A stretch of DNA of 64,000 bases. Source: Chlorokybus atmophyticus. Lineage: Eukaryota > Plantae > Mesostigma and Chlorokybus algae. A program made the position numbers and the translations under genes. The notes under the pieces are model-generated. The model saw only the letters and a program-made list of their open reading frames with translations, made no database searches and was not told the DNA's origin. This document shows positions 1 to 12,741 of this stretch, piece by piece. The stretch spans positions 24,853-88,852 of the forward strand of contig RHPI01003642.1 of NCBI GenBank assembly GCA_009103225.1. The letters run 5' to 3'. Each line of letters starts with the position of its first letter. Position 1 is the stretch's first letter.

Positions 1-75
1 CTGTCCATTGTTAGTCAAGTGATGCGAAACCTTCAAGATGCGTATGTACTGTGACATCCAATCATTGCATGTTAG

Positions 76-1314
76 GTTGGGAGGCCAACTGGCAGGAGGG
101 AAGGATTATGTGGGACAAGGGGACATCACCGGAGATTCTGCTGCGCCTCCTGCAAAATAAGCAACTACCACCTGGAAGGGCACTCGTCCCTGGCTGCGGA
201 TCTGTACGTTGTATGCAGCTTGACGTTGTATTTGATGGCTTGTCCTCTATGGCCATCTGGGCTTTGCTTGCATGCAGTGTTGATATTGTCTGTTTTCAAG
301 TGTTAGATTCACAACCCATGCTTGAACGATGATGCATTCGACTTTTGGCCTGCATGCAAGAGTGGGATGTGTGCAATTTCTGACTCTCTCACAACAACTC
401 AAGACCATCATGCCTTTCATAGGGATACGATGTCATCACATTCGCCAAGTCTGGATATCAGGCTGTAGGGTTGGATGGTGCACCAAGCGCAATCAAGAAA
501 GCCGAGCAGGTGGGTACACCACGAATGCATACAGTAGCCTGCTGCCATAAAGTGCCTCTGCTCATCTCACATGCGCGCCTACACAGCTGCGCCAGGACGC
601 TGGCCTCACCGCAGATCAGGCGCAATTTGAGCTAGCTGACTTCTTCACATACAAACCAGACGCACCGTTTGATGTCATCTTTGACTACACGTGAGTCCGT
701 TGCTCTCCTCTTTGATGCATTCAGTGCTCGCACTGCCGCCTTGTTCACCAACTGCAATCATTCTGCCATGGATTGACGGCTGAGTCATCACATATTATCA
801 TGTGTTTCAGGTTCTTCTGTGCGATACAACCTGAGCAAAGACCTGCATGGGCAGCAAAGCAGGCATCGCTTCTGTCTGCATCTGGAACCTTGATCACCCT
901 GATATACCCGGTGAGTACCCGGCTTCCACACTGCCTGGCGCAGGCAGTCAAGGCTGATACTGGGTCTTTGCGCGCAGATTGGCACGCATGAGGGAGGCCC
1001 ACCGTTTGCTGTGCATCCTGATCAGTAAGCAGCAAGCACAGTTGATTTCACACAGAAACACCTGTTAAACGGGTCTAACTTCTTACTTGGCAACAGCTAC
1101 GAAGCAGTGTTGAAGCCGGTTGGGCTCGAATGCGTCACCTTGAGTGATGTGGACTGCAGCCATGCTGGGCGCGAGGTGCGTTGTCACACAAAGGCCACCT
1201 CTGGCAGTTCTGTACTTCAATCAGGGTGCACTGTTGTATGCTGATGAAGTTCTTTGTTTACAGGGTAAGGAGAAGCTCGGCTTATGGCGCAAGCAGTCGC
1301 AGTCAACGTTGTAA
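76..1314 (+). CDS. HOL: HOL/TPMT-family SAM-dependent halide/thiocyanate/thiol methyltransferase (multi-exon, 5' end lies upstream of window)
   Basis: Spliced exons read GWEANWQEGRIMWDKG...RALVPGCGS|GYDVITFAKSGYQAVGLD...|...DFFTYKPDAPFDVIFDYT|FFCAIQPEQRPAWA...LITLIYP|...GGPP...|GKEKLGLWRKQSQSTL* (TAA 1312-1314). These match plant HOL motifs (RALVPGCG, FDLIFDY, FFCAI.P..RPAWA, GKEKLG.W.K). Junctions are GT-AG. Confidence 0.88.
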
Positions 1315-2058
1315 ACATCTCATTGGTTAGTTGTGTGATTTTTGTATAGTTGTTATATAATTGGGCAATTCTGTGCCAGTGTGTTTGCTGAGGGGAAGGG
1401 GGTATAGTTTTCCCTCACCCAGAGGTGAATTTCGCGTCGAACACAGTTGCATAAATGAATAAAAGTCTGTTGTATCAACGAATCTAGCGCCGTGTTTGTA
1501 GGTAGCACTGACCCTCATCATACACCTTTTCGCATTGGTAAGAATGCGTCTTGGTCGCATGATCGCCACTGCTTGTAGTAGTTTGCATGCAATTTTTGCT
1601 GTTGGCAATGTTTGACGCTGAAGACAGCGAATGACACTGACTTACTGTACATACCTTGCACTCTGGCACGCAAACGTCCATGAAGATGTGTGCATTAGGC
1701 AAGAGCAGGCGGGTGTGGATGCTCGGCCTGAGAATCCAGCGACCATCAGGCCAGCAAGCTGCATGCTTGTGCTCGCCACCATGATGGTACACTGAAGGGT
1801 CATCTCGACAACCTGGCCATGTGTGACCGAGTCCTGCTTGGCCATGTTACTGAGATCATGCGCATTGCATTGGCTACGGCATTGGCTACGATGGTCGCTG
1901 GCTGTGGTGCACCGCATGTGATTTTTCCTGCTATATATACATATGTACGAGTGACACATTATGTGGGCACGGTCCTGCACGCGCTCACAACTTACCCTGA
2001 AGCCAGCATTATAGCCATTCATTATACAACACCAGAGCGCACAACTGAGGTTTGTCTG

Positions 2059-3775
2059 CTACGGTAACTTGCTGTGAGTCTCGTCTTGCTTTGTTGGAGC
2101 ATCAACGACTATTGAAACTACAGTCGGCGCCTTGCTTTCAAGGTGCGAGCCAGCTGGAGGACACAAACCCGCCACAGAGTCAGGTTTACTTTCTGATGCT
2201 TGGGATTCTGGAGTACTCAGCTCATCTGCGCTGGCACGCACGGGACGCTTGTAATACATGGCGTACAGCACCAACTGTATGATTCCAAGTATGCTGCCCA
2301 ACACATTGGGTACCTGCAATACAGCAGAAGTTGAGGTAACCAGCAAGCAGTGTGCACAACCAGCATTGGAAGGACTGCTCACCATGACATAGACGTCCCG
2401 CACATATATACCATATGTACCGAAGCAGGCAGCGCAGAGGAAGGTACACAGCGACAGCAAGAACGGCATGTACTCGGTGCTTTTAGTTGTGATGACCAAC
2501 CGCTGTGCAGCAAAGAAAAAAATTGTAAGCCAACAGCACTACAAGCAGTGTGACATTAAGTTGGCCACGACACCGTGCTTGCCAGTGTGAACATGCAGGC
2601 AAAGACCCTACCATAGCTGCAAGTGGGGATGCGAACATGCTCGTTGCCCAGATAGCGCCCAACACGCCAAGAACGGTAGTATCTGTATCCCCTCGTGGAA
2701 TTGCAGAGGACAGCACGAGCACTGACAATGTGACTGTGTACACCAGCGCGGGACCGAGCAGCTTAAAGGCAAAATTTCTCTGCACCACACACAGAGGCCA
2801 CGGAATGGAGCAGATGATGTGTGGGTGTGATGTCTAGCAAGTGTGTCATCACGGGCTGCAGATGCGTACCCGCTGCTGGCCCCGGGAGTATCTGAGGTAT
2901 ATTGAAACATAGATGGCTTCTAGTACAGCGCCAACACCATTGCACACCAGGACAGCATAACTGCAGCACAGGGGCAGCAATGCAAGTCCACAACATCAAC
3001 AACCAGTATAAGAAAAGGTGGCACATGGACCATGCTGGCGCATGCAGCAAATCATTGCATACTTACCGACTAGCAGTAACAAACGGCAGCGAGTACAGCG
3101 TCCATGTCACGCAGTTGCACAGCGTCACCGCGTATGGGACTCCTGAGAAATCTTCGATCGACCGAGTCTTTCTGATTTGCCAAAACGTACGCCTGCATGC
3201 GTGGTGACCATTGGACTGCGGGCCGATAGGACACATTTACTCGAGCTGCTTACAATGCATGCAAAGTAGTGGTGTGTGGTGCTTACACTGGAGAAAGAAA
3301 TAGTGCGATTGCCGCCGCAGCCCCTGCATGCATGAGACAACTCAGCACACGCATGCAGCAACCCGTCGAAGCAATGCTGTTGTACTCTTTGTTTGTGTTC
3401 ATGCAAGCCCGTCTAAGACGTGCTTGACAGCGTGAGCTCCCAGTCAGAAAGTCCGTTCAGACGCCATGAACTATGCAACTCGTGACAAGCATGGAATAGC
3501 AGAGAAAGCTCTTTGCTGCAAGGAAATTGCAGCATTGATTGACACTTTAACTGCACCATGGATATATTACATTAACTTATCTACCGCCAGGGCTTTGAGC
3601 GTATTTGGCTATCGGCATGCATGCATACCCAGCTGCATGCCTCGCCCAATGACCCCTAGCTACTCAATAAATTCAGTCCAATGAGCCGTCACTGTCTCAC
3701 ACTCACCACAATCCAGTAAGGCTTACCGGCGTAGCCCACAGCTGCTTTCACAGTCGGGTCAATATGCCACGACAT
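2059..3775 (-). CDS. SWEET: SWEET (MtN3/saliva) sugar transporter, multi-exon
   Basis: Exons read MSWHIDPTVKAAVGYAG|AAAAIALFLSPV|TFWQIRKTRSIEDFSGVPYAVTLCNCVTWTLYSLP...|VLVCNGVGAVLEAIYVSIYLRY...|...SMFASPLAAM|VITTKSTEYMPFLLSLCTFLCAACFGTYG...|VPNVLGSILGIIQLVLYAMY.... These are the two MtN3 repeats. Start codon at 3775 is inferred from the gtaagc donor. Confidence 0.88.
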
Positions 3776-5653
3776 GCTGCTCCTTCACGCACGACTTAGA
3801 CCAATCAGTGTTGCTGATCTCACCGACCTGCAAGCGGGAGACGTCGTTGAGCAAGAGCAGAAAAGAGATTACAACACAAACACTGACTTGAGAACAAACA
3901 CTTCTACCGCTTAGAGCTAACACTACCGCTGCGCCAATCACATGCAGATCAAGGTAGCATACGCAACACAGCACAGGGCATGCAGCCTGCATAGCAACGA
4001 GTCGCCGATGATCAAGAAAAGCATCCACTCCTGCACTCGCGTTGGAATTCCATAGAAGCCGTTTGCACAAGACCACACCCAGTCAGCCTGCCTCTGTGCC
4101 AGCGCCGGCGGCAGCGGTGATGATATCGTTCTCCCTTCTCCTGTTGCCGCCGCACATTCGAGATGAGAGAGAGTCGGCGTCGACAGCAACGACGACGGCG
4201 CGCACGGCTGCAACGTCAAGCACCGCATCGCCGTGTGGGCTGGTTGGCGCGGCCCGATTAGGCTGGCACTAGCAGGTTAGGCCTAAGCGTTAAGCTCCGC
4301 TGCCGGACATGTTGAGACTGCGCCGGTAGCACGACTGGTATGTCAGCGCACTACATGCCGGCCACGTTGTCCGGGTTAGGCAGCTTTATTGCATGAGCAC
4401 AGCGCAGCCCCGGATGAGGTCGCATGTTCAGCACTTCAGCTCGACACTTTTGGCTTTTGTCAGAAGTGTGTGCACCGTTTGCTTACCCCCGCTGAAAGCA
4501 TACTGGCTATAGACTATAGACGCAGAATGATGGTAGGGATCCATCCAATCAACGCTGCCATGACTTACCGTACCATACAACGAGCAGGCGATGATGTTGT
4601 TCAAATGTCCAATCATAAAAGCACAGGTATTGAATTTGTCAATGTATTATTGAGAAATCGGGTACATTGATCACCGGTAATCACGGACATCGGCAATTAG
4701 GCGCGTGGTTATTTTAGCAACAGTTAAACGCTCTACTTCTTGACCTCTGTCATCAATACAAACTCCCCTTACAAACAACGCCCCCAGCCCCCCCCCCCCC
4801 TTTTCAAGATCGATGGGGGGGGGTTGTAGTACGGGGGTATTCGACAAAACATACCCGTATACGGTGAGTGGCATGTGGATGTCTGATCAATTGGTGTAAG
4901 TAACCTAATGTCGTATACCGGTAGTTCTAGCAACCACGACGATTATTTCAACTTGGTGCATTGTTGGGTTGCAGGGGTGCACATGTCACTCTGTTTCACC
5001 ATTACATCAAGTAATGCGTAGCGTTACACAAAAGAATATCAATGAACATGAAGGTTGAACTTTATCTTGTAATGCAAACAACATCAAATATGATGAGCAC
5101 AATTGGGTTACTAATATCGGCTCTTAAAGTCATACAGTTCATTATTCTTTGTCGCCGACATGCATGCGTTACAACACGGCGTGAGGGAAGAGATGCGACA
5201 TCAATGTTATCAAATTGCACATTAAATAAGTTGACTATGCAAAGTGATGTTCATATCATGTGCAAAGCGATTAATATGCATGTAGTGCAAAACACAACAA
5301 AGTGATCATTGCCTATCATAGTTCACTTGTATGTTACAAGGGTATGGCTAGTTGTAATACAGGTATAGTGCAACCAATCACATTGGTGAAATACAAATGG
5401 CTGTGCTTGCCTGCATGTTGACAATGACCGTGTATACACACATGCACCGCATTGCATACTTTGTACAGAATTTAGTCCGATGTGCCCCAATGACTGACAC
5501 TGCAGTGTCTCAAGTCGCGAGTTGCCGGCATGGTTGTGGGTATGCCATCAAACCCACTTAACCTTAGCAACACCTACTGTAACTGCAGACCTGTCCTTAC
5601 ATACAAACAGCGCAATCACCAACCCCAACCACAAGAATTGTGATACAAGCTCT

Positions 5654-7602
5654 TCATTGAATCAGACAGCACGTGTTGTGCTTCTTGGCAGTTTTGTAGA
5701 ACATCTGCGGCACAGCGAGCCTGGTAAATACACGCAACACAAGCACAACTCGTACTGCAAAGTAGGTCAACATGACACCACACCTGCGAAGCCATTGAAA
5801 GATCGGTGCTTTTGCTAACAAGAGTGTCCAACTTTTCGCCCCTTGCCAATACGCTATCAATGGTTTTGTGCTGCAGAGCCCCACGGTCAGCATTAGAATC
5901 AAGCACTGTACTAGGTTGCTAACTACACAAGGTGAAAAGTAATTGAACAGTGTGCAATCTACTACCAGAATGATCTTTGTCTCATCAAGCTCTTGCTGAA
6001 TCTTCATCAACTTGTCCGCTTGTGAAGGATCCTACGCACGCTCTGTCAGCAGGGAGCACACCACATAGCGGCATACAGATGTGGAGAAAAACACCAACAT
6101 CTACCTGATATTTGACAATCGCATCTTGCAAAACTGGCACTTGAGCGGCACTGTCTTCCGTCACAGCTTTCCATGTGTCTCCAGCATACGCCATGTAGTC
6201 ATCAAGGACCTGATGGAAGGTTACATGGTAGATTAGCAGCAAGCGGCAAGTCATCTTAAAAGCACACAACAACAGTACACCTGTACAATGTTGCCAATAA
6301 CTGGTGGGTACCTTGTTGATGACGCAGAATGCACTTCTGAGGGGATACGCGTTATCTACTACTGCAATTCCACACAGCCCTGATCGGTTGTGGCAATGAC
6401 ATATGTAACCTGCAAGCCACATCTGCAATCAATGAAGGCAGATCATAAATGCAATTCGTGACGGTAGTTCAAACCACGAAGCACGAGGACGCAACCAGCA
6501 TAGCATGCCAACAACTTTGATCATAGGCAGGGCAGATTCACACGATCTACGACTGAAGCCCTCAAGTTAACACATCTACTTCCTTCCTGCACCGTCTGCA
6601 ACATAAACCGTCTACTCATGGTGGAACTTGGGGCATAGCTTCATTCAGAGTAAGGAGAAACCCTGTGCCTTCTGGTCTGGAGCTACACCCATGCCAGGCC
6701 TGCAGCCTACACACAGTCATGGGGAGTGATGGCGAGGAGTGTCTCGCAACAACCTGCTAGCTACTCCAAGTATATTGTCAAGGTAGGTTGAAGGCTAGCC
6801 TCTCTTGTCTCTCAATCAGGTTAACATCACAAGCATGCCTAGAGACTGGCATCGCTGCAATGGATGCTAGCATGCCTAATGCGCCAAATAAGAAACGAGG
6901 CGCCTGACTAGGACCATGAATATTGCACGTGCACGCAAATTCAGAACACAACATCTAGCATCCCAGAGAGAGCCACAAGCTTGGCAAAATTGGCTACAAC
7001 AGCACACGATTGACAAATTTGCCACATAATTGGTTTCGTTATGGCTTGCACAGCCATAACGAAGACAACCAAGACAGCATGTGGTACAGATTAAATAAAA
7101 AAAAAGTCCTCTGCAGCTGGTGAACAAAACACTGACCAAGTGACGATGATGAATGCAGCACACATAGTAAACTACTGAATGGCGGTTGACCGTATGTTGA
7201 CTAGTTGCAACACATGGCTGCGTGTAAGCTAACTACAACCGTACGCCGCAGGCAGTTGAGGAAGTGGGCGTGCCTGCTAGCATGCTACTGAAGGTCATTT
7301 AGGAAACGACATCAAGCTCGTGTTGCGGCGCATACTGTTACACCCTAATCCAGCCGAAACGCAAAGCGAGGAGAACTGCACAAGCAAGCATTCAGGCCAA
7401 ATCAGCCACCTTCGTGCTCAACGGACTGGCGCGTGCCGGGGGCAGTGCGTTTGGCGACGGTCCTAGCGACGAAGGTGGCCATCTCCTTAACGCTGCTCCG
7501 TTGGAAGTACCCGAAGTTGCTCACATCCGCCGCCATGCCCAGCAGTGTCGCCTCCCCCACCTCTCCGTTCCATCGCAGCAACGCCAGCGCCGTTATCTTC
7601 AT
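5654..7602 (-). CDS. YKT6: R-SNARE YKT6 (longin + SNARE + C-terminal CCxx prenylation motif)
   Basis: MKITALALLRWN...SNFGYFQRSSVKEMATFVARTVAKRT...; GYICHCHNRSGLCGIAVVDNAYPLRSAF; DPSQADKLMKIQQELDETKIIL; HKTIDSVLARGEKLDTLVSKSTDLSMASQ; MFYKTAKKHNTCCLIQ*. Confidence 0.96.
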
Positions 7603-8121
7603 CTCCCCCTCTCCCGCTGTCTACCTCAACCCTCTCGCGTTGCCGCCACCTCCTAGCCTACCACCAGCCTCTCACTGTCAGGCCGACTCAGCTGGCTCCA
7701 GGCCTGCACATCAGCTCTCCAGCAGCGATAGCCAGGGGATGAAGACGCCTTGCCTAGTACTTGGGCAAGCTGCTGTGTGCGTGAAAGCTCAACCAAGCAC
7801 GCCCGGCCAACGCCGCAAAGACAACTTCTCCGCTTGGCAACTTGCTGCCGGTTCCCTTGCGTGCTGGTCCTTGTCTCCTCCTCCTGCTTGCCGTCAGCTG
7901 CCGCCGCGCCTGCGGTCGGATCAGCGCCTCGACACGTGTCCGTTGATGGAGTCAGCCAGCTGTCAACACAGCAGACGTCCGTGCTTGTCATGCGCACAAG
8001 GATTGTGCGCAGCGCACAGCAAATTAGCTGAGGTTAGGGTTTGTTAGGTCTGTTGGCGGGGGGGTGGGAGGGGGTTGTAGCGGCGGTGTCGTGCTTGTAG
8101 GCGTCTGGCCTGCCGAGAGGG

Positions 8122-9828
8122 ATGGCGTCCAAGCTGCCAGAGCTGCAAAAGCTGTTTGACAGCTTCAAACAGGCGTACGCCGTCGGGGATCTCAAGCGCT
8201 GCAGCGACTTACTGGTCCAGCTGAAGGTGTGCGTGTGTGCGGGCCCTGGCAATTGCTTGTTCTGCTGCTCTAGCGCAGGCGTTACAAGCACAGATACATA
8301 AGTGGCGTACTGATGTTTTAATGTGCATGCTGTGGTCCTGCATTACCACATGTGAAGGACACTTGCAGCTCATTTAGTCACAAGCTTTTGCGACATCCAC
8401 GTTGTTAGTGCATGTTTTTGTAATATTACCAATTGTCCGGTGAAGTAACAGCAGCTCTCAATTACAGTAGCAGTTAGCACTCGTCGTAAGTCACAGCATG
8501 CTGTATGATTGTCATCGCATCGACGCATGTGCCACTTCATCCCAGACAAGGCTTTCCTCCACATTACATGAACTCATCTCCACAAGTTTATGTAATCATG
8601 ATGATAACATCAACTCGTGGAGATGTGGTAGATGAGTTCATTGGCCGCTACGAATGCTGAATATGATTTGTTGTTTATTCAGATCAAGTTGACGGAGTTC
8701 TCTTCCCTGCCACCACTGTACAAGGAGTCGCAAAGCTCCATTCAAGAGCTCACCGTCGCAAGTACGTGCTACATCGCTGACAATTTGGCTTTGAAACGCC
8801 ATTACATACACGTTGACAACGTGCAACATGATGCTCAAGAGCATTTGGCCAACAGGAGACATTTTGGAGCATGCAGTCTTGCTGAGTGTCCGGTTGCGCG
8901 ACGAGGCAGCTTTTGAGCGCAACTTTCAACAATTGAAGGCATACTACACAGACACAACGTGCGCGCTTGCAGCATGTCCCAGCTACCATCATTGGTGGGT
9001 TGCATATTGTCCAGCTGCAAAACTCTTGTCGTCACTTGCAGGCATCTTTTAGCACCATCCGCGCAACAGTATTGCATCACTGGGCTCAACCTGTTGCGGC
9101 TACTTGTGCAAAATCGCATTGCCGAGTTTCACACAGAGGTGGAGCTTATCCCACCTCAGGCTCAGGTATGTAGTGTTTGGACATGGACGTCACAACTGTT
9201 TACAGCTTGCTGGCAGCACGCATATACAATATGGTATGGCATGGCTGTGGCTTGAGATGGTCACGTGCAGGCAAGTCCACACATCCACCATGCGATTGCA
9301 GTTGAGCAAAGCCTTATGGAGGGCGCATACAATAAGGTGTTGTCTGCCCGGAATGACATTCCAGATTCCGCTTATGGCTACTTCATGGACTTGCTCATAA
9401 CGACTGTAAGGTGGGGTTATGTTTGTAGGTTTGCACTTTGTGTCTCAAGATCGCAATGATGTTGTTCTCAACTGCTTATCTTTTTGGTCACTGCCAGGGA
9501 TGAGGTTGCTGGGTGTAGTGAGAAGGCTTACACATCTCTGAAGTTAGGTGATGCGCGCAAGATGATGATGTTGCCATCCGATGCAGAAGCCCTTGAGTAT
9601 GCACAACAGGTATGGTCTTTGCAGTGCAATGCGCAATAACATGTACCAGCTGCGCAACTTGATTTTGCTTATAACAGCGTGTTCTTTTTGCTGCAGAGGG
9701 GTTGGGAAGTGCGAGACTCAACGATTTACTTTACAACCAAAGAAATGACAGCCTGCCGAGAGCTCCCATCCCTCCAGATCATAGATCAGACATTAGCGTA
9801 TGCTAGGGAGTTGGAGCGCATAGTCTGA
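8122..9828 (+). CDS. RPN12: 26S proteasome lid subunit RPN12 (PSMD8)
   Basis: Exons include DILEHAVLLSVRLRDEAAFERNFQQLKAYYTDT, ITGLNLLRLLVQNRIAEFHTEVELIP, HAIAVEQSLMEGAYNKVL, DEVAGCSEKAY and a terminal LAYARELERIV*. Confidence 0.96.
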
Positions 9829-11100
9829 CCACGTTGGTTGGGATCTACCTCCTCAGCTTGTTGCTGTTGCACTAATCAGCTGCAACCACGACCTTGCCAG
9901 CATGTTTGGTGTAACCTGTGCCAGGAAGTCTCTCCAGATTTTGCAGCGAAGCAGGTCTTCCGAGCTGGTGCATGCGGGCAAAACCAGCCATGACAAGCAC
10001 GTGAGAGTGGTACTTCATTGCAGATGTTGGCAAATTTGTCAAGCGCGAACACATTTGCTAGTAGGCAATCTGCGAGCTTTCTAGAAACGTCAATGGGATG
10101 TCAGCATACAATTCACACAAGCAGCATGCTGAGTACACATACCAACCCCACCACCCAACCCCAACCAGCACCTAACCAGCCCAGCACCCAAACCGAACAC
10201 AGCACAGCCTGTGCGGAGGGCACTGGACCAGGCACTGCTGACGTCGGCAGTGCAACGCAACTACGACACAACCCAGCAAACCCTGCTGCGTCGCTAGCAG
10301 AGGGCGAGGAAGGAGGCGGAGCCAGGGAGAGAGGGAGGGGGAGTCCTGGTCGCCAATGTGCATGCTGTCTGCGTGACCGAAAGCGCCAACAACTGACCAA
10401 CGCCCATGTGGGCAGGTGATTACCAACTGCATATTGACTGCTGCATGTCTAACGGGGTAGAGGCAGTAGATTAGCGTGCTAGTAGTAGCCCGGTGGTCAA
10501 CTAATTGTCATTTGTACGACACCTTGCATGTGTTGCTGCGTGCTGACTGAACTACACATTATGCATGCGCATGCATGTCCTGCATTTGATGTATACCCCT
10601 CTCGCATTTCCTGTACATTGCCTGCGCACCCGCACGTATGTTGCGTAACAACCTCCACAATGGCTGCATCTCGTGTGCACATCAGTTTGTTGCGTGCTAC
10701 ATGACTCAGCACACCCTCCTGCGGACCACTCCTTGCGGAGATAGTGCATTAGCGCCAACATCGCTCACTCGTGGCTCAAGGTTCCTGGCTGTCCAAAATT
10801 ATAGAACAAAGCATTGCATGTGTACTGGGTAAGCTACGCATGCTAGCATATGTGTGCAACTGGGCACATGCCGGTCGAATACACCAGCATACTACTTTCA
10901 TTCCCCATACTATACTGGTACATTTACATGGTGTATACTATACACCTTTCCTGAGTAATGTATATACAAACACGTCAATGTACATGTGCCAGCAAGCGTG
11001 GGCAGCGCCAGGCCGGGACACGCTTGCGCTCCACCGGCTTGTTGGTTTGACGTTAGTATACATACGGGCTTCAAGTGCCTTGTTGGACTTGCGAGGCGCG

Positions 11101-12165
11101 TCAAACCTTGATACGCCGTTCACTGTAGTTGATCGGGTAGTCGTTTGCGCTCATGTCTCGGCGGCGCATGAGACCCCTGTCGTCAAACTCCCAGTGCTCA
11201 TTCCCGTGCGTGCGGTACCACTGACCCGTGTCGTCATGCCATTCGTACTCGAACCGCACCTGCTTCACCAGGACAATGCGTGCTGTGACTGCTGCGACGA
11301 CACATGCTGTGCTTGTGTGCACACGTACAGTCATGTGAACAACTAACTCTCATGCGTGCATGTGCAAGCAGCAAACTGCTTCACACCGATATGCGGTCGC
11401 CTTGGTAGCACCACAGCTCCTTCATCAGCTTGTAGTCCAGCTCCTTGGACCACTTGCGCGTGAGGAACTCCTTGATGGCCTGCCGCCCGCGGAAGAACTC
11501 CGTCCGGTTGCGCCAGTCGCTGTCCTCCGTGTATGCCTGAGCCACCCGCTCCGGGTCTCTGCTGTTCCAGGCATCCTCCGCAAGCTGCACCTGCAGCGCA
11601 CAGCTGTGTTCCATTTCTGCACACAATGCAAATATGCAGTCCTATGGTATTCATTGCGTGCATGCGACACTGCATTCTATGGTCAACCTTCACAACCATC
11701 AGGTCCTCCGCACAGTGCTTGACTGTGGCAATGATGTGAAACGCATGCATGCAAGCATTTGCAATGAGACATAGGCCAAGAGCTAGGATTCCTCCTTCTG
11801 TGTGACACGTGGTCAGCATGATCCTGTGCGCCCGCTTGGCTGAAGGCTATTGTTTTGGGACGCATGCAACACCTGGAACCAGAAGTATGTGGCCAACTTG
11901 TGCACATTGCACGCATGCACAGAATGCAGCATTCCGCAGCCGCAGCAGCACTAGCCCTCGTCCGCATTCTTACCTTGATCCTGGCGGTCTCTTCATTGAA
12001 CGGCGGCCGGGGCGGCTTCGCCTCAGTCTCTGCGGGCGCGGACGCCATTGCCGAAGCCGCGAAACAGTGCTGAAGCAGCACCGGCCTGCTGCCTGCACTG
12101 AAGCCCCACACCCGCCTCGCTACCGCCGCCAGCGCCATGCCGTGCCTTGCCATTGCATGCAGCAT
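11101..12165 (-). CDS. DUF1348 / NTF2 (SnoaL-like) fold protein with N-terminal extension (start uncertain)
   Basis: [12 protein letters not shown]|[60 protein letters not shown]...RIS|[40 protein letters not shown]. This is the characteristic DUF1348 signature. Two GT-AG introns. Confidence 0.88.
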
Positions 12166-12741
12166 TCATCAATCAACCTCCAATGCCAATTGTGGTAGCC
12201 TGCCAGTGGTACTGCGGGCAGGCGAATGACATTCAAGGGTGTCCCGTCATGCCTTGAGAGAGAGAGCCTGATTTCTGGTAGCGCAGTACTGATAAGGCGG
12301 ATTCCATGGAAAAACATCACTCACGCTTGGCCGCATCTTACCGGTAATCACTGCAGTGGTCCGACGTGGCAAAGCTGCGTGTTCGAGGCATTGTGTTGGC
12401 GCTGACGTCAAGCTGCCAGTGGTGAAAGCGGCGGCGGTGCAGGCGTCGTCGGCGTCGTCAGCGCTGCAACACTCCAGGCGAGGTGTGCGCGAGGAGTGAA
12501 TGCTTGGTTGACGTGTGTGCACGGTTGAGCTAGTAGAATATAGACGGACGCACTCGACTTCCGCTGGGTCTTGCTGCCGACCCAGTGATTTCTTGAGCAA
12601 CACAGTGGCTGCCGCTGCCGCTGCTGATGTTGCTGCGCTCACCTACCGCATTGCCGCAGCCCCTAGTTTGTCACTTAACGCAAGCAACTGAGTCGGCTGC
12701 TGTCTTGTCTTGTTAACACAAGGTGTGCGTTGCAGACCGAA

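Noticed and set aside
4300-5400. Possible gene or transposon end between SWEET and YKT6 (C-run/G-run inverted repeats at 4775-4860)
   Set aside because: No coherent exon chain, TIR/TSD pair or recognisable protein.
9850-10450. Possible small minus-strand gene downstream of RPN12
   Set aside because: Promoter-like GC stretch and AG/GT sites are present, but no convincing ORF or homology.
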